DNA from: Stramenopiles sp. TOSAG23-3
Lineage: Eukaryota
Reading direction: 5' to 3'
NCBI GenBank assembly: GCA_900128585.1
Contig: LT642193.1
Location: 1-37,285 of the forward strand
DNA: 37,285 nucleotides
The position numbers and the translations under genes are program-made. Within the stretch, counting starts at the first letter, position 1. Each line of letters begins with the position of its first letter. This document shows, piece by piece, positions 1-10,444 of this stretch. The notes under the pieces were generated by a model. The model was given only the letters and a program-made list of their open reading frames with translations, was not told the DNA's origin and searched no databases.

Positions 1-309
1 TCGACCACAATCTCTTATTCGGAACAAAGAAAACACGAATGTTATTCATCCGGAGGAAGTTGGCATTATTGGGACGGCCATCATGGATGGTGCGACCACA
101 GTTCGACGACTGCCCACCCAGGCCACCATTCGCCTACAACAACCTTAGCACCAACTACCGCGTGCCATAAAGAATCGTGCTGTGGAGTTGGAACGATTTA
201 CAGAGATGGTAAATGCCATTCCACTTATTCTGGCATCATGGCTGCCTGTAAACGAGCCCGAGGTGATTGGGGCTGGACGTGCGATACCATTTCAGCATGT
301 AAAAACTAA
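1..309 (+). CDS. 3' end of a Cys/His/Thr-rich protein, probably extracellular (5' partial)
   Basis: Frame 1 is open from base 1 to TAA 307-309: STTISYSEQRKHECYSSGGSWHYWDGHHGWCDH...TTTLAPTTACHKESCCGVGTIYRDGKC...WGWTCDTISACKN*. AT-rich sequence follows. Not in the ORF track because the start lies outside the window. Confidence 0.6.
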   Translation, partial: STTISYSEQRKHECYSSGGSWHYWDGHHGWCDHSSTTAHPGHHSPTTTLAPTTACHKESCCGVGTIYRDGKCHSTYSGIMAACKRARGDWGWTCDTISACKN

Positions 310-1119
310 CCCACACGCCGTATGGTTTTACCCAAAAGATGCCGATATAGTTTGCGTTTACAGTTTTAAACAATGAATAGATTCTTTCTTTTTGCATGAT
401 TTTTATTCATATTCATATCAGTTCGTTTTTTTTATTAAAAACAACATATTATTCACAAACTATATAATTTGTTTTTTTTTATTCACAAACAATAATAGTC
501 TAATAATAATAGTCGTTCTCTATAAAAAAAGTCGTTCTCTAATTTTTATTATTAAAAAAAAGAAGAAGAGACTCCTACATCCCATCCCAATATCATCCCA
601 TCCTCGTCGATAATAATTTTGAAGAAAGAAGGCATGAGAGAGGAGAGAGGGGAGTACGGATGAAATATTATTAGGTATAATACATGAACAGGTATGAGAG
701 AAGAAGATAATAGAAGAAAAGATAGAAAATAAGAAGAATGGAAGATAATAAAAATATTATATTTTTAAAATGAATGTGGTGTGATGATCGATATTATTAT
801 TTATTGTAAATAACACTTCGTGTACGTACCGGTTTTCAGGAGACCACGCACAGCGCAGTGATGTTATACGACGATTGATTCAATAAGTAAAATATATTCA
901 TTCTAAATCAAGACAGAATATTTAAATAGTCGTCATAGATATGACGTACAATTTCCTTCGTTTAACATTGTTTTTGGAGGTCATTGAACCAAAGCAAATC
1001 GAATTAAGAGACTGGATCGATCGATCGTAAACGGAGCACGCGTATCTTTCTGCGCCCGTGTTGTGGCAAAAGCGCGAGGGGAAAAACATCCCAGTGTTCA
1101 TCTGGGTTTTCCGGGCATA

Positions 1120-2053
1120 ATGAAGAGGCGCAGGTCAAGCCGTAGGGTCATGCACCGCCCGATGCCTACCCGGGCAATGCGGATGTTTGCCAGGAGTTTT
1201 GTGGGCGACGTCAGCTCTCTGAATATTGGACGACGAAAGTTCCGTTTGCTGCACTCCAACCCAAACGTGTACTCGGTGGAGAATTTTGTGAACGAGAACG
1301 AGATGGAGACGATAGAAAAAGAAGCAGCCGTTAATCTTCAGTCGTGGGGGGTGTACATAAAGAGGAGGAGGAAAAAGATACACGGGAAAGCCTTGGAAGG
1401 GGCGGGCGACGTGGGTCGACGGGCGTCCGATGCCGTGATTCCCAGGGACTACCAAGCAGAGCTGAAATATTTGCGGTTTGGAAAAGCTTGCAGTGCGTTC
1501 GTTAGACAACTAGAAGAGCGGGCTGGGTCGTTGGTGGGAGAATCCAGTACCAACGTTGAGCCAATCGGCCTTGTGTCCGACGGGGACATCGATTTCTTTT
1601 CCCTTCACCACTCTCACGGAGATCTTCAGAACGATGGAAGGGAGGTAGACCCGCGGTATTTACGGCGCATCACGACCATGTACCTGTACTGCACCAACAG
1701 AGAACGGACGGACTGGGAGAATTGCAAGCTCGTGTTTCCAAAGCTTGGCCTGCACATTACCCCAAGAAAAGGAGAAGCGATTCTCTTCTGCAACGTCTTG
1801 GGCGATGGGACGCCAGACCCTAGAGTTCAACATTATAGCGTGAAACCGACCCCCCCCCCCCCCCGTCGGAGCCAAGAATAGCTTTTCGACGAAAGGGTTG
1901 CAATTTTACGGGTTGGCCGTGTGGGTCACCGATACAAACTTGCAAGAACTGACCATGCTGGGGGAAGAAGGCGGGAAGAGGAAAAAGGCATCCTCCTCGC
2001 CGAAAAGAAAGAAGAAGAAAAAAATAGGAAAAGGCAAAGGAAAACAAATATAG
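1120..2053 (+). CDS. Prolyl-4-hydroxylase-like 2OG-Fe(II) oxygenase-fold protein, +1 frameshift at a C15 tract, degenerate active site
   Basis: P4H-like motifs LLHSNPNVYSVENFVNENE, NVEPIGLV, RRITTMYLY, LVFPKLGLHITPRKGEAILFCN, PDPRVQH. After C15 (1850-1864) the +1 frame continues VGAKNSFSTKGLQFYGLAVWVTD...KQI* (TAG 2051-2053), supplying the final W-containing strand. ATG at 1120 preferred over the GTG at 1063. Confidence 0.7.
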
Positions 2054-2233
2054 AAACAAATTATGACTTTTCGTCAATCAACAATTTCCTACGGTTAAAA
2101 TAGTCGTCTATCAAACATTCTTTTAGTAAGATATATCTATAAAGAGTATATTTTGGTTTTTTTCTATAAAGAGCAAATTTAAGCAAATTTTTTTATTGTT
2201 CATTCTTCTTCTTCACTTGAACTTTTTTTAATC

Positions 2234-2333
2234 GTCTCTTCTTCTCTCTTCTCTTCTCTCTTCTTCTCTCTTCTTCTCTCTTCTGCTCTCTTCTGCTCTC
2301 TTCTTCTCTCTTCTTCTCTCTTCTTCTCTCTTC
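2234..2333. repeat. (TTCTC)n-type pyrimidine microsatellite
   Basis: Tandem TTCTC/TTCTTCTCTC units seen directly. Confidence 0.9.
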
Positions 2334-2856
2334 TTTAAAATTATATATTAAAAAATTAGCGAACAGGTGAACAACAGGACATGGGAGGATCATCGAATGA
2401 AGCAACGCCCAGATGTATTTGTATAAAATATTATATATACTTTTAATAGGATGGATTATATTGTGGCTTAAAACAACTAAAACTATAAGTGGTGGTATTA
2501 TAGTTCTAAATATAGGCAAATAATAAATAATAAATTATTACTAATTAATTAATTATTATTGCGCGAAGAAGAAGAAGAAAGAAAGAAAGAAAGAAGAAGG
2601 CAAAAGGAGGAAGAATGAAGAAGAAGAGAAAAGGAGAAAAGAAGAAAGCAAAAAAAAAAAAAAAAGAGCAGCAACAACAACAAAGCAAAAAAAGAAGAAG
2701 CAAAAAAGTAAATAAATAAAAGTGTATCCAATGAAAAGGAAAAAAAGGAAGAAAGGAAGGAAGGAATGGAAAAAGTTTGTTATTTGTAGATACTGTTCAT
2801 TTGTTTGTCTTTATTTTTTATGTATATTTAAGAGAGAGAGAGAGAGAGAGAGAGTC

Positions 2857-3456
2857 ATGGTGAAGTATAAAGGAAACCGAAAGAAGGGTTCGTTCAAACA
2901 ACAAATTCGTGGGGTGGAGAGGTATTTGCGTCGAAGTGACCTTTCGGACGAGTCGAGACGGACGCAAGAGAAGAAGCTGGAAGACTTGAAAAAGTCTCTT
3001 TCCAATAGGCAGCGTGTAGATAAAGAAAAAAAACTTTCGAAGCAGTACCATGGGATTAAATTTTTTGAAAAGAAAAAACTGCTCAGGAAACGAAAGCAGC
3101 TGCAGAAGAAGCTACGGGCCAACGCCGCGACGATGACGGTCGACGAGAAGCTTGGGTTCCGCCGGGAGCTGCAAAAAGTAGATGAAGGCCTGACGTACAT
3201 ATCGTTTTTTCCAAAAGGCAAAAAGTACGTCGCCCTGTTTCCCGCAAAGGACGCCAACAATGAAAAAATGTTAAAGAAACGTGCAGAACTGCTGAAGGAA
3301 GCGTTGGAAAACAAACGCCTCGACCAGAAGAAGAAAGAGGCGGGCGCGAAGGGTGATTATAGTGACGACGAGGAAGACGTCGGGGGGGAGAACAGCCAGG
3401 GCGGTGGAAGCGCAAAGAAAAATACCTTAGGGGACGAAGACGATTTCTTTGCGTAA
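2857..3456 (+). CDS. EFG1: rRNA-processing protein EFG1
   Basis: IRGVERYL, KQYHGIKFFEKKK, LTYISFFPKGKKYVALF and the acidic C-terminal DDFF match the Efg1 family. ATG 2857 follows an (AG)n tract. Confidence 0.85.
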   Translation: MVKYKGNRKKGSFKQQIRGVERYLRRSDLSDESRRTQEKKLEDLKKSLSNRQRVDKEKKLSKQYHGIKFFEKKKLLRKRKQLQKKLRANAATMTVDEKLGFRRELQKVDEGLTYISFFPKGKKYVALFPAKDANNEKMLKKRAELLKEALENKRLDQKKKEAGAKGDYSDDEEDVGGENSQGGGSAKKNTLGDEDDFFA

Positions 3457-3564
3457 AACTCATAAACAATGTGTAACGTTTGATAAACTTATAAATAAAT
3501 TCATACGTGTACATGTACGATGCCCGCCGTGAAAATGTGCAAAAACGTTCGCACGACTTCCCCA

Positions 3565-4971
3565 TTACAAGAGCTTGGGGACGACAAAGTGAAACATGAT
3601 TCTCGAGTGCATGTCCGGGTGCACGCGTCGCTTCGGGCCGTTCCCACGGTATATTCCATAAAACACCCCCTCATTGCTGTGCGACCGGCCGTAAAAGACT
3701 TCAAACTTGTACAACCGGTTCAGTCGGTAAGGAAAGGGGACCACCCCCCCCGCCGCCTCGCCCCCGCCCTGCGCTTCGGAACCGAAAGCGATCGTCTGAG
3801 CGCACAACATCTGGACTCCCTCCCTCGTCGTCATGATTTGCTGCCTCTCGTCGCTGCACTTCAGCGTCACCCCTAGCGACAGCACGGCGGGGCTTCCGGC
3901 CCCATCGTTGCAAAGCGTGCCAAGGGCTGCCGGGATATTGGCCGCCCTGGCCGCCCTACGAAAGTACCGCGACACGTTCTCATTTTTCCACACCAACATC
4001 AAAGGGCTGGGCAGTTCGCCAGGCTCGTAGTACCCTCCCCTCGCAACGAAAAGCACCCCGTCCGCCTGGTAACCGAAACTGTCGGTCAAGCACCGGTACA
4101 CGGACTCTTTCGTGGACAGGAACGAGGGGGCCAGGACAATGCCGTACTCTTCTCCCATGTCCTCGTCCGTCGCACCCATGGCCATCATCCCTGCCATGCC
4201 TCCCGACGCACGAAGGGATGCTTCGGACGAAACAGAAATTCCCGTCTCCTCTAGACGGACACGTGCCCAGTGAAACCGCAACGACGCCGTGCAGCCGTAC
4301 AACGACTGGCCCTTCCAGCAGAGCAGGTCCGTGATAATGTATGTACAAAGGTCTTGGTTAAAGACACAGTCGAAAATCGAATAAGCGTCGCTTCCCCCGC
4401 CGGTCCGGGTCATTTGGGAACCGTTCGGCAAAATGCTCTGAAACTGATGAACGCGAATGCCGTTCTTGTCCTGGGTGACGGTCCGGCCATTGTGCGCAAC
4501 CATCAAGCAACGTTTGCCCTCCGGGCGAGGGAGCACGTACCAACCGGGCTCGTCGTCGTCTTCCAGCGAGCCTCCACCCTGCGCCGCCCGGCCACTTGTA
4601 CTTCCACCCGCAAGGGTATCCACCGGGGCATCCTCGCCACTATTGAGAAACAGGTCGTGCGGGGCGGTCATTAACCACTCTGGTTCTACTAACTCGTCGG
4701 CGTACCGCCGTCTACGCCGGGCACCGCTGCCGCCCCGTCTCTTTCCTGGCAATGGCTGAGCCTCAGCGTCAACTTCCATTGCCCCCTCTTGGCCGTTGTG
4801 CTTTCGGGTCGACCCGCACACCAACGCCCTTGCTTTGTGCAAGAGTGCCGCTCGCTGCTTTCGCTGGCGTTGCATCATTTCTTTTCGTCTCGATTCATGG
4901 CTTGGAAGTTTTATGCCTCGTTTGTACAGATGTTGATGCCCGTGGACCCTTTCCTTTGCTAACGATGCCAT
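3565..4971 (-). CDS. SNUPN: Snurportin-1 (m3G-cap snRNP import adaptor)
   Basis: N-terminal IBB-like RRKEMMQRQRKQR; YADELVEPEWL; WYVLPRPEGKRCL; YSIFDCVF; DLLCWKG..Y.C..LRFHW; DGVLF...YEPG..PL.LVWK. Confidence 0.9.
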   Translation of the reverse strand: MASLAKERVHGHQHLYKRGIKLPSHESRRKEMMQRQRKQRAALLHKARALVCGSTRKHNGQEGAMEVDAEAQPLPGKRRGGSGARRRRRYADELVEPEWLMTAPHDLFLNSGEDAPVDTLAGGSTSGRAAQGGGSLEDDDEPGWYVLPRPEGKRCLMVAHNGRTVTQDKNGIRVHQFQSILPNGSQMTRTGGGSDAYSIFDCVFNQDLCTYIITDLLCWKGQSLYGCTASLRFHWARVRLEETGISVSSEASLRASGGMAGMMAMGATDEDMGEEYGIVLAPSFLSTKESVYRCLTDSFGYQADGVLFVARGGYYEPGELPSPLMLVWKNENVSRYFRRAARAANIPAALGTLCNDGAGSPAVLSLGVTLKCSDERQQIMTTREGVQMLCAQTIAFGSEAQGGGEAAGGVVPFPYRLNRLYKFEVFYGRSHSNEGVFYGIYRGNGPKRRVHPDMHSRIMFHFVVPKLL

Positions 4972-5644
4972 GACCTGCCGCCGCCCCTCCCCGTCGCCCG
5001 TCGCCCACCGTCAAAGTCTGGTATTGTACGTAACTACACCCCAAGCCCCTTTCGTTCAGGAATAAACATATATTCTATATCATTCCTTTCTTTCCCGGTA
5101 ATTATGATTCAATTCAACAGAAGACAGGGATAAGAAGAGAAGATTTTCTTTACCTTCTTTAATGCATTTCCTTTCGGTTTCACTCATAATATCAGAGAGA
5201 AGAAAAGCAATCTGAAAGAAAAGAAGAACGAAAAAGAAAAGAAAGAAGAAGAAGAAGAGAAGAAAAAAAAAAAAAAAAAGAAGAGAAGAGAAGATGATGA
5301 AAGAAGAAATAAAAAATTCAACCCTCCTATACTATTTACCTTCTAACCCACCAACAACAAAATCTGCTGGGGCGACGACGACGAAGAAAGAAGAAAGAAG
5401 AAGAGAACGAGACGACGACGACGACGACGAAGAAGAAGAGGAGACGACGTGTGTGTGTGGTGTGTGACAGGAAGATAGAAGAACGATTTCTTCCTAGATA
5501 AAAAAGAAGAAGATCACAGGACTGTGTTGTTATTTTATGAGATGAGCAATATTAAATTGTTGTTTGGCAAATTTCACATGTTCTTACGCATACAAACAAC
5601 GAGGTCCGTGTGTTATTTATTATATTACACCAATCAAAGAAAGA

Positions 5645-6205
5645 ATGAGAAACCGTTCAACGGGCGAAGAAGGGTTTGCAGCGAACAACAGCGGGGACGA
5701 TGGCGAAGATATCATATTGGACGAAGATGAGCAGCAAGCCGTAGTGGACGGGTTACGGGATAAAGCAAAGGCAACGAGCCGGCGTTGGCTGCTTGTGTTT
5801 AAAGGGGTGTCTGTTTTGCTTATGGTTTCGCTGGTGTATTTGTTTTTATCGGATGATTTAGAATCAGGGGAGTTGAAACACTTGGTAGATATATTTTCGT
5901 TCCCAAAGTACAGCGCGGTGAACTTGGTGTTTTTGTTCGTCTCTTCCCTTGCGTCCTTGCTGTGCAGCCTCTTGTGTTTGTTCGTGTCCACAAAGTTCGA
6001 ACGGATCGTCTGCTTTGCTTGCTCGACTTGTCCCCCAATGCTTTTGTTTCTAACGTCTTACTTTATGCGAGGAACGTACGTATGTTTTTACCTGTTCCCC
6101 ATTCTTTACGGTGCGATCGTGCTCATGGTGACCTTTACGTTGGAAGGTGCAGAAGATGGGTTGAGAGAGTTGGAAGAGATGATGTACAAGCATAAGAAAG
6201 CATAA
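5645..6205 (+). CDS. Small multi-pass membrane protein of unknown function (about 4 TM)
   Basis: Acidic N-terminus ILDEDEQQAVV, four hydrophobic segments, C-terminal LRELEEMMYKHKKA; first ATG at 5645. Confidence 0.7.
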   Translation: MRNRSTGEEGFAANNSGDDGEDIILDEDEQQAVVDGLRDKAKATSRRWLLVFKGVSVLLMVSLVYLFLSDDLESGELKHLVDIFSFPKYSAVNLVFLFVSSLASLLCSLLCLFVSTKFERIVCFACSTCPPMLLFLTSYFMRGTYVCFYLFPILYGAIVLMVTFTLEGAEDGLRELEEMMYKHKKA

Positions 6206-6428
6206 AAACGTAAAAGAGTACGTAATACGAATTATGAAAAAAACCATATTATATGACGCAAGAGCAAAATAGACTTTACTCTGTAAAGAATACTATCTGA
6301 CCTTAAGATGTACGAACGAGCCAGCGCTCTTCCAAGAACGCAAACTATTCAGTCACAGTTACTATTCAGTCACATACTATATAATTTGTTTTTTTCAGTC
6401 ACAGTTTAAAGACCGCCGCCCGTAAATT

Positions 6429-7421
6429 TTACAACTTGGCGACCCCACCTTTAAATTTGGCACGTTCCATGTCGCTCTTCCGTTTAATCATGTTCTTTGC
6501 CTCGACGAACCCGTTGACTTTGTGTGCAGAGCCACCGTCGATGGTCAAGCGAGTCGCGGTGATCCAGGACGCCGCGTCGGTGCACATGTACAGTGCCGCA
6601 AGCGAGACGTCCTCTACACGACCCCATCGCCCCGCGGGTACACCCTGTCGGCGGACCTTGGACGGTTTGGGCTCGCCGAAATCCATCTTGTCGTCGTTCG
6701 CTCCCCCCACCGCGGTGGTACTGGCTTTGTTCTCGTTGTTCCCAAAGACGCGCCCGCCTGGGCCCCCGACCGTCCCGGCGATTCCCCCTGGGGCCAACCC
6801 GACCGTGCGAATCCCGTACTCTGCCCACTCGACACCAAGGGTGTTCGTCATGACATCGATCCCGGCCTTTGCAGACGCGGCGTGCAGCTGAAACGGGGTG
6901 CACATGTCCTGCAAAAACGCAGTTATGTTGATGATGACCGCCCCGGTCGTCGGCCCAACCTTCTTTAAGTGGGGCAAGCACGCTTTCGACATGTGAAAGC
7001 AGCCTTGAAGGTCAATGCCCAAGACGGTGGCCAGCCCATTGGGGGTCAAGCTCTCGGACGGGGTCATGAAATTGCCGGCGGCGTTGTTGACCAAGTAGTC
7101 GACTCGGCCAAAGTGGGCCGCGACCTCGTTCACCGAGTTGACGCACCGTTGGCTGTCCCTGACGTCCACCGTGGTCCCAAACGCGTCGATGCCTCGGTTC
7201 CTTAGCTTCTGAACGGCATCCATAATAACTTTTTTTCGACGGGACATAATGGCAACTTTGCACCCATGTTTTCCAAACGTTTCTGCAATTGCATACCCAA
7301 TGCCAGTTGCCCCACCTGTAATCAAAACGACCTTTCCAGCCAAAACATCGTTCCGAAACGGGGAAAGTGGAAGCGGTGCCACCGTTTCACTAGATTTTAT
7401 CCAATTCTTTTTCGAACTCAT
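6429..7421 (-). CDS. DECR2: Peroxisomal 2,4-dienoyl-CoA reductase (SDR) with PTS1 -AKL
   Basis: ITGGATGIG Rossmann motif, LVNNAAGNF, HAASAKAGID, PAGRWG, C-terminal AKL; start MSSKKNW at 7421. Confidence 0.9.
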   Translation of the reverse strand: MSSKKNWIKSSETVAPLPLSPFRNDVLAGKVVLITGGATGIGYAIAETFGKHGCKVAIMSRRKKVIMDAVQKLRNRGIDAFGTTVDVRDSQRCVNSVNEVAAHFGRVDYLVNNAAGNFMTPSESLTPNGLATVLGIDLQGCFHMSKACLPHLKKVGPTTGAVIINITAFLQDMCTPFQLHAASAKAGIDVMTNTLGVEWAEYGIRTVGLAPGGIAGTVGGPGGRVFGNNENKASTTAVGGANDDKMDFGEPKPSKVRRQGVPAGRWGRVEDVSLAALYMCTDAASWITATRLTIDGGSAHKVNGFVEAKNMIKRKSDMERAKFKGGVAKL

Positions 7422-7761
7422 CCTGTCGTCACTATATAATACAGGCAAAACAAAATACAACACAAAAGAAATATATATATATTGAGAGAGAGATGAAATA
7501 TTTACTAAATACAAAGAATGGTTGCCCTTTGTTTGATGAAGAAGAATTCGTTGTTCAATCTTTCATACAATATATACTATATATATTATATCGGGTGTGA
7601 TGTAAGGGTATTTTCTTCATTCGTTCACATGCAACAAGGTTTTTCTTCTTCTTTCTTTCTTCTTCTCTTTCTTCTTCTTTCTTCTTCTTCTTTTCTTCTT
7701 TTCTTCTTCTTCTTCTTTTCTTTTTTTTTGTGGCTCTGCAGCTGGGATAATACATATACCA

Positions 7762-7926
7762 ATTTATATAGGGCATTGCTACAAGTACAAACAAAATCAT
7801 TGAATTTTATATATTTTTTTAAAAATCAATCGCAAAAACTTATTATTAAAATATCGTACTTGTAATATTTAACCTATTTAAATGCGTAGAGTAAAAAAAT
7901 AAGCAAAACCATTTTTTGTGAAATAA
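7762..7926. repeat. AT-rich palindromic dispersed repeat, copy A
   Basis: Arms ATTTATATAGGGCATTGCTACAAGTAC (7762-7788) and GTACTTGTAATATTTAACCTATTTAAAT (7856-7883), then GCGTAGAGT...TGAAATAA. Homologous to 10086-10212 and 19281-19352. Confidence 0.7.
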
Positions 7927-8149
7927 ATTAAAACAACACTTGTATGCTATTTCTATGTATTAGTTAAAAATCACCCAAAAGGTGCGTGATGTACTGAAAT
8001 TTCCTATTTTAGATGTAATATACATAAAACAACTTTCCATCGATTGTAAAAAGAACAATAAGTATAATAAATAGTATTACTATTAAAATTCTCTCAAAAC
8101 CTTCATGACGATATTGGTATTTACCAGGTACAGGTACGTACCTCTATAG

Positions 8150-8374
8150 GAAATCTCCTCCATCAAATGGTACATCTACCGAAACGACAATCTATCGTCA
8201 ACAGGGTGTTCTTCTAACGCGTGCGGCCGGTGCGACTTCGACGATCACAGCTCCCCCTTCTGCTACGACAACACTTTATACAACGTCCTCGCGGCCGTTG
8301 TCGTCGAATACAAGGAGCAGGGCTGCCAGAAGGGCGCCGTCGAGAAGCGCGACGGTATTATCCAATACATATAG
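8150..8374 (+). pseudogene. Start-less, coding-like gene fragment (Cys-containing)
   Basis: 74 open codons between TAG 8147-8149 and TAG 8372-8374; 41 of 46 codons in 8216-8353 end in G/C; no in-frame ATG. Confidence 0.5.
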
Positions 8375-8423
8375 TACACAAATACACAGCATCATTTATT
8401 CCATGCCTCGTGACATGACATGC

Positions 8424-9740
8424 TCAACCACTTCCCGTTTGACCATTGTTGGGGGCTCCCTTTTCAATGTTGTACTCCCCGGTAGGCTGAACAACTTGGG
8501 CAGTCACGATATGCGGCTGGTTGACGAGGACTGTCCCTACCGGCTGTTGAAACTGTCCGTTCACAGGAAGGTCGCCAGTGTACAGGCAGCAGCCCCTCGC
8601 GGAAAGCAAGATAATCCCGGCGATCAAGTTTTCTACCACCCCCAACATATAGGAAACAACCAGAGGAACTTGGATGTCCCCCTTGCAGCCCAAGGCAGCA
8701 GGGTACCTCTCCACTACGGCGCTGCCACCATGTCTCATCACATCCAAATTGTTATGGATAACCATGATGGCGGCATACCCCGCAAATAGGGCAAGGTGGA
8801 GGGTACCGAACATAGCGAAATGGACGGGACGCTTGACATACTGCTCGAAACGGGTCCTGCAACAAAACGAACAGACTCGGGCCGCGAACATGGGCACGGT
8901 CACTATCGTCAGTAAAATGGCCAAACCGCGCGGGTGGTCCTTTCGGGACGTCAGGACAATGTCATGGTCAGAGTCCATGGTCTTTTCTATGGTCTTCTTC
9001 TGCCTCATAAAATTGTGCTCCTTGAAAACATCATTCGCAAGCAAATCGTTGAAGCCACCCTTTTCCTGGTTTCCTGAGATCTGCACCGATGGGAAATCCA
9101 CCTTAACCCTTTTTTCATCCCAATCTTTCTTTTCCCGGTAAGCATCGTCGTTGCGCATCTCAGTGTGGTTTCGGTCCCCTTCGTCGTCGTCAGAAGGTAC
9201 AGAGGTCATATTTTCGATCAAATTTTTGCCGATGGACTTCCATGACAAACGACCCTCTTGAACAGTAAATGTTGCCTGTTCGCAGTTATGGTAGTGGGGA
9301 TCCCCAAACTTTTGATAATAATCTTGCTCGTTCATGCATAGCGAGAGCCGTTCCTTCTGAAGGACACTGCAACGGATTTTTACCTCGACAATAATATCCT
9401 CAAACGGGACGCTGAGGCACGCGATAAACGCGGCTACTGCACATATTAGGCTTATGCACATGGTAAACATGTAACAGCAACGGTTGTCGATATGGTGGTT
9501 GTAATGGGGGCTGCGGCCGCGATAGTTTTGTTGCACGTAGGGACGTTGTTGCCCCATTATCGGTTGGGCGAAGCTGTGGTTCAAGCAGCTTACGTCAAAC
9601 GTATCCCCAGGCTGCAAGTTCTGAGGCACCTGGACTTGAAACACCCCTCCTTGGGGGCCATGTACCTGGACGGCACCACCCCCGTGAAGGTTCGGGGGAA
9701 CCGTCACCTTTAACACGAAAGACACGGGCGCTACCTGCAT
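8424..9740 (-). CDS. Multi-pass membrane protein with N-terminal VxVP..PG..F.V module, unknown function
   Basis: 438-aa ORF; N-terminal VTVPPNLHGG...FQVQVPQNLQPGDTFDV; one TM, a long loop, then about 3 more TMs; Gln/Pro-rich tail. Confidence 0.75.
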   Translation of the reverse strand: MQVAPVSFVLKVTVPPNLHGGGAVQVHGPQGGVFQVQVPQNLQPGDTFDVSCLNHSFAQPIMGQQRPYVQQNYRGRSPHYNHHIDNRCCYMFTMCISLICAVAAFIACLSVPFEDIIVEVKIRCSVLQKERLSLCMNEQDYYQKFGDPHYHNCEQATFTVQEGRLSWKSIGKNLIENMTSVPSDDDEGDRNHTEMRNDDAYREKKDWDEKRVKVDFPSVQISGNQEKGGFNDLLANDVFKEHNFMRQKKTIEKTMDSDHDIVLTSRKDHPRGLAILLTIVTVPMFAARVCSFCCRTRFEQYVKRPVHFAMFGTLHLALFAGYAAIMVIHNNLDVMRHGGSAVVERYPAALGCKGDIQVPLVVSYMLGVVENLIAGIILLSARGCCLYTGDLPVNGQFQQPVGTVLVNQPHIVTAQVVQPTGEYNIEKGAPNNGQTGSG

Positions 9741-10085
9741 TTTCCCAGAGTCAGAGTGTGCGTGTGCGTGTTGTTGTTCCGTCGGGGGTTATTACACTCG
9801 AAGAAGTTAAAAAGGGCAAAGGTGAAGGCTTTTCTAACGCCGTGACTGTAGAGGACTATTGTTAACTTCACCAATTAAACCGTTGCATTGTTCATATGAA
9901 TGTCTGTTTTATTTTTTTATTCTTTATTCTTGCATTCAGAAGTCGTCTACGTATACCACATGCGATCGTGCGTGCGCAAATTACATAATGTGTATATAAT
10001 AAGCATGCCCAACTTTGAGCAGCGGGGGCTGGTTGAGTAGTAGGTACTAGGTTTTATTAATGCTGTATGGTGTATATTATATTAG

Positions 10086-10212
10086 TTACAAGTACACAAT
10101 ATTTTAAGTTTTTTTTGCGATAAAATTCAATGATTTTTGTACTTGTAATGTAATGTCCTATATAAATGCGTAGAGTGAAAATAAAAGAGAACTTTTTTTG
10201 GTTGAAATAATT
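10086..10212. repeat. AT-rich palindromic dispersed repeat, copy B
   Basis: TTACAAGTAC...GTACTTGTAA inverted pair followed by CCTATATAAATGCGTAGAGT...TGAAATAA, as in copy A. Confidence 0.7.
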
Positions 10213-10444
10213 ATAAGTGTTTTCGTCATTTTCTTGTTATTCAATGTTATTATTTTTCGTACAGTAATAACACTGCTAACTCCCTGCTAGTTTTTTAATT
10301 TAAAAAAAAAAGTTCACACACATATATATCATCCTCGTACACCCCTCTCTCTGGCTCTCTGGACACAAAATCGGATTATTAGTCTCACCTACCTACCATT
10401 AATGGCCTGCACTTCTTGGTAAAAGTGTTCATTTTTTGCATCTC

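Noticed and set aside
182..376. 64-aa ORF in the track
   Set aside because: GTG start in a eukaryote; it overlaps the more protein-like frame-1 ORF ending at 309
2193..2731. K/E/R- or F/L/S-rich ORFs here and at 7518-7865, 19890-20147, 29475-30371 and 33869-34102
   Set aside because: Translations of microsatellites or the N gap
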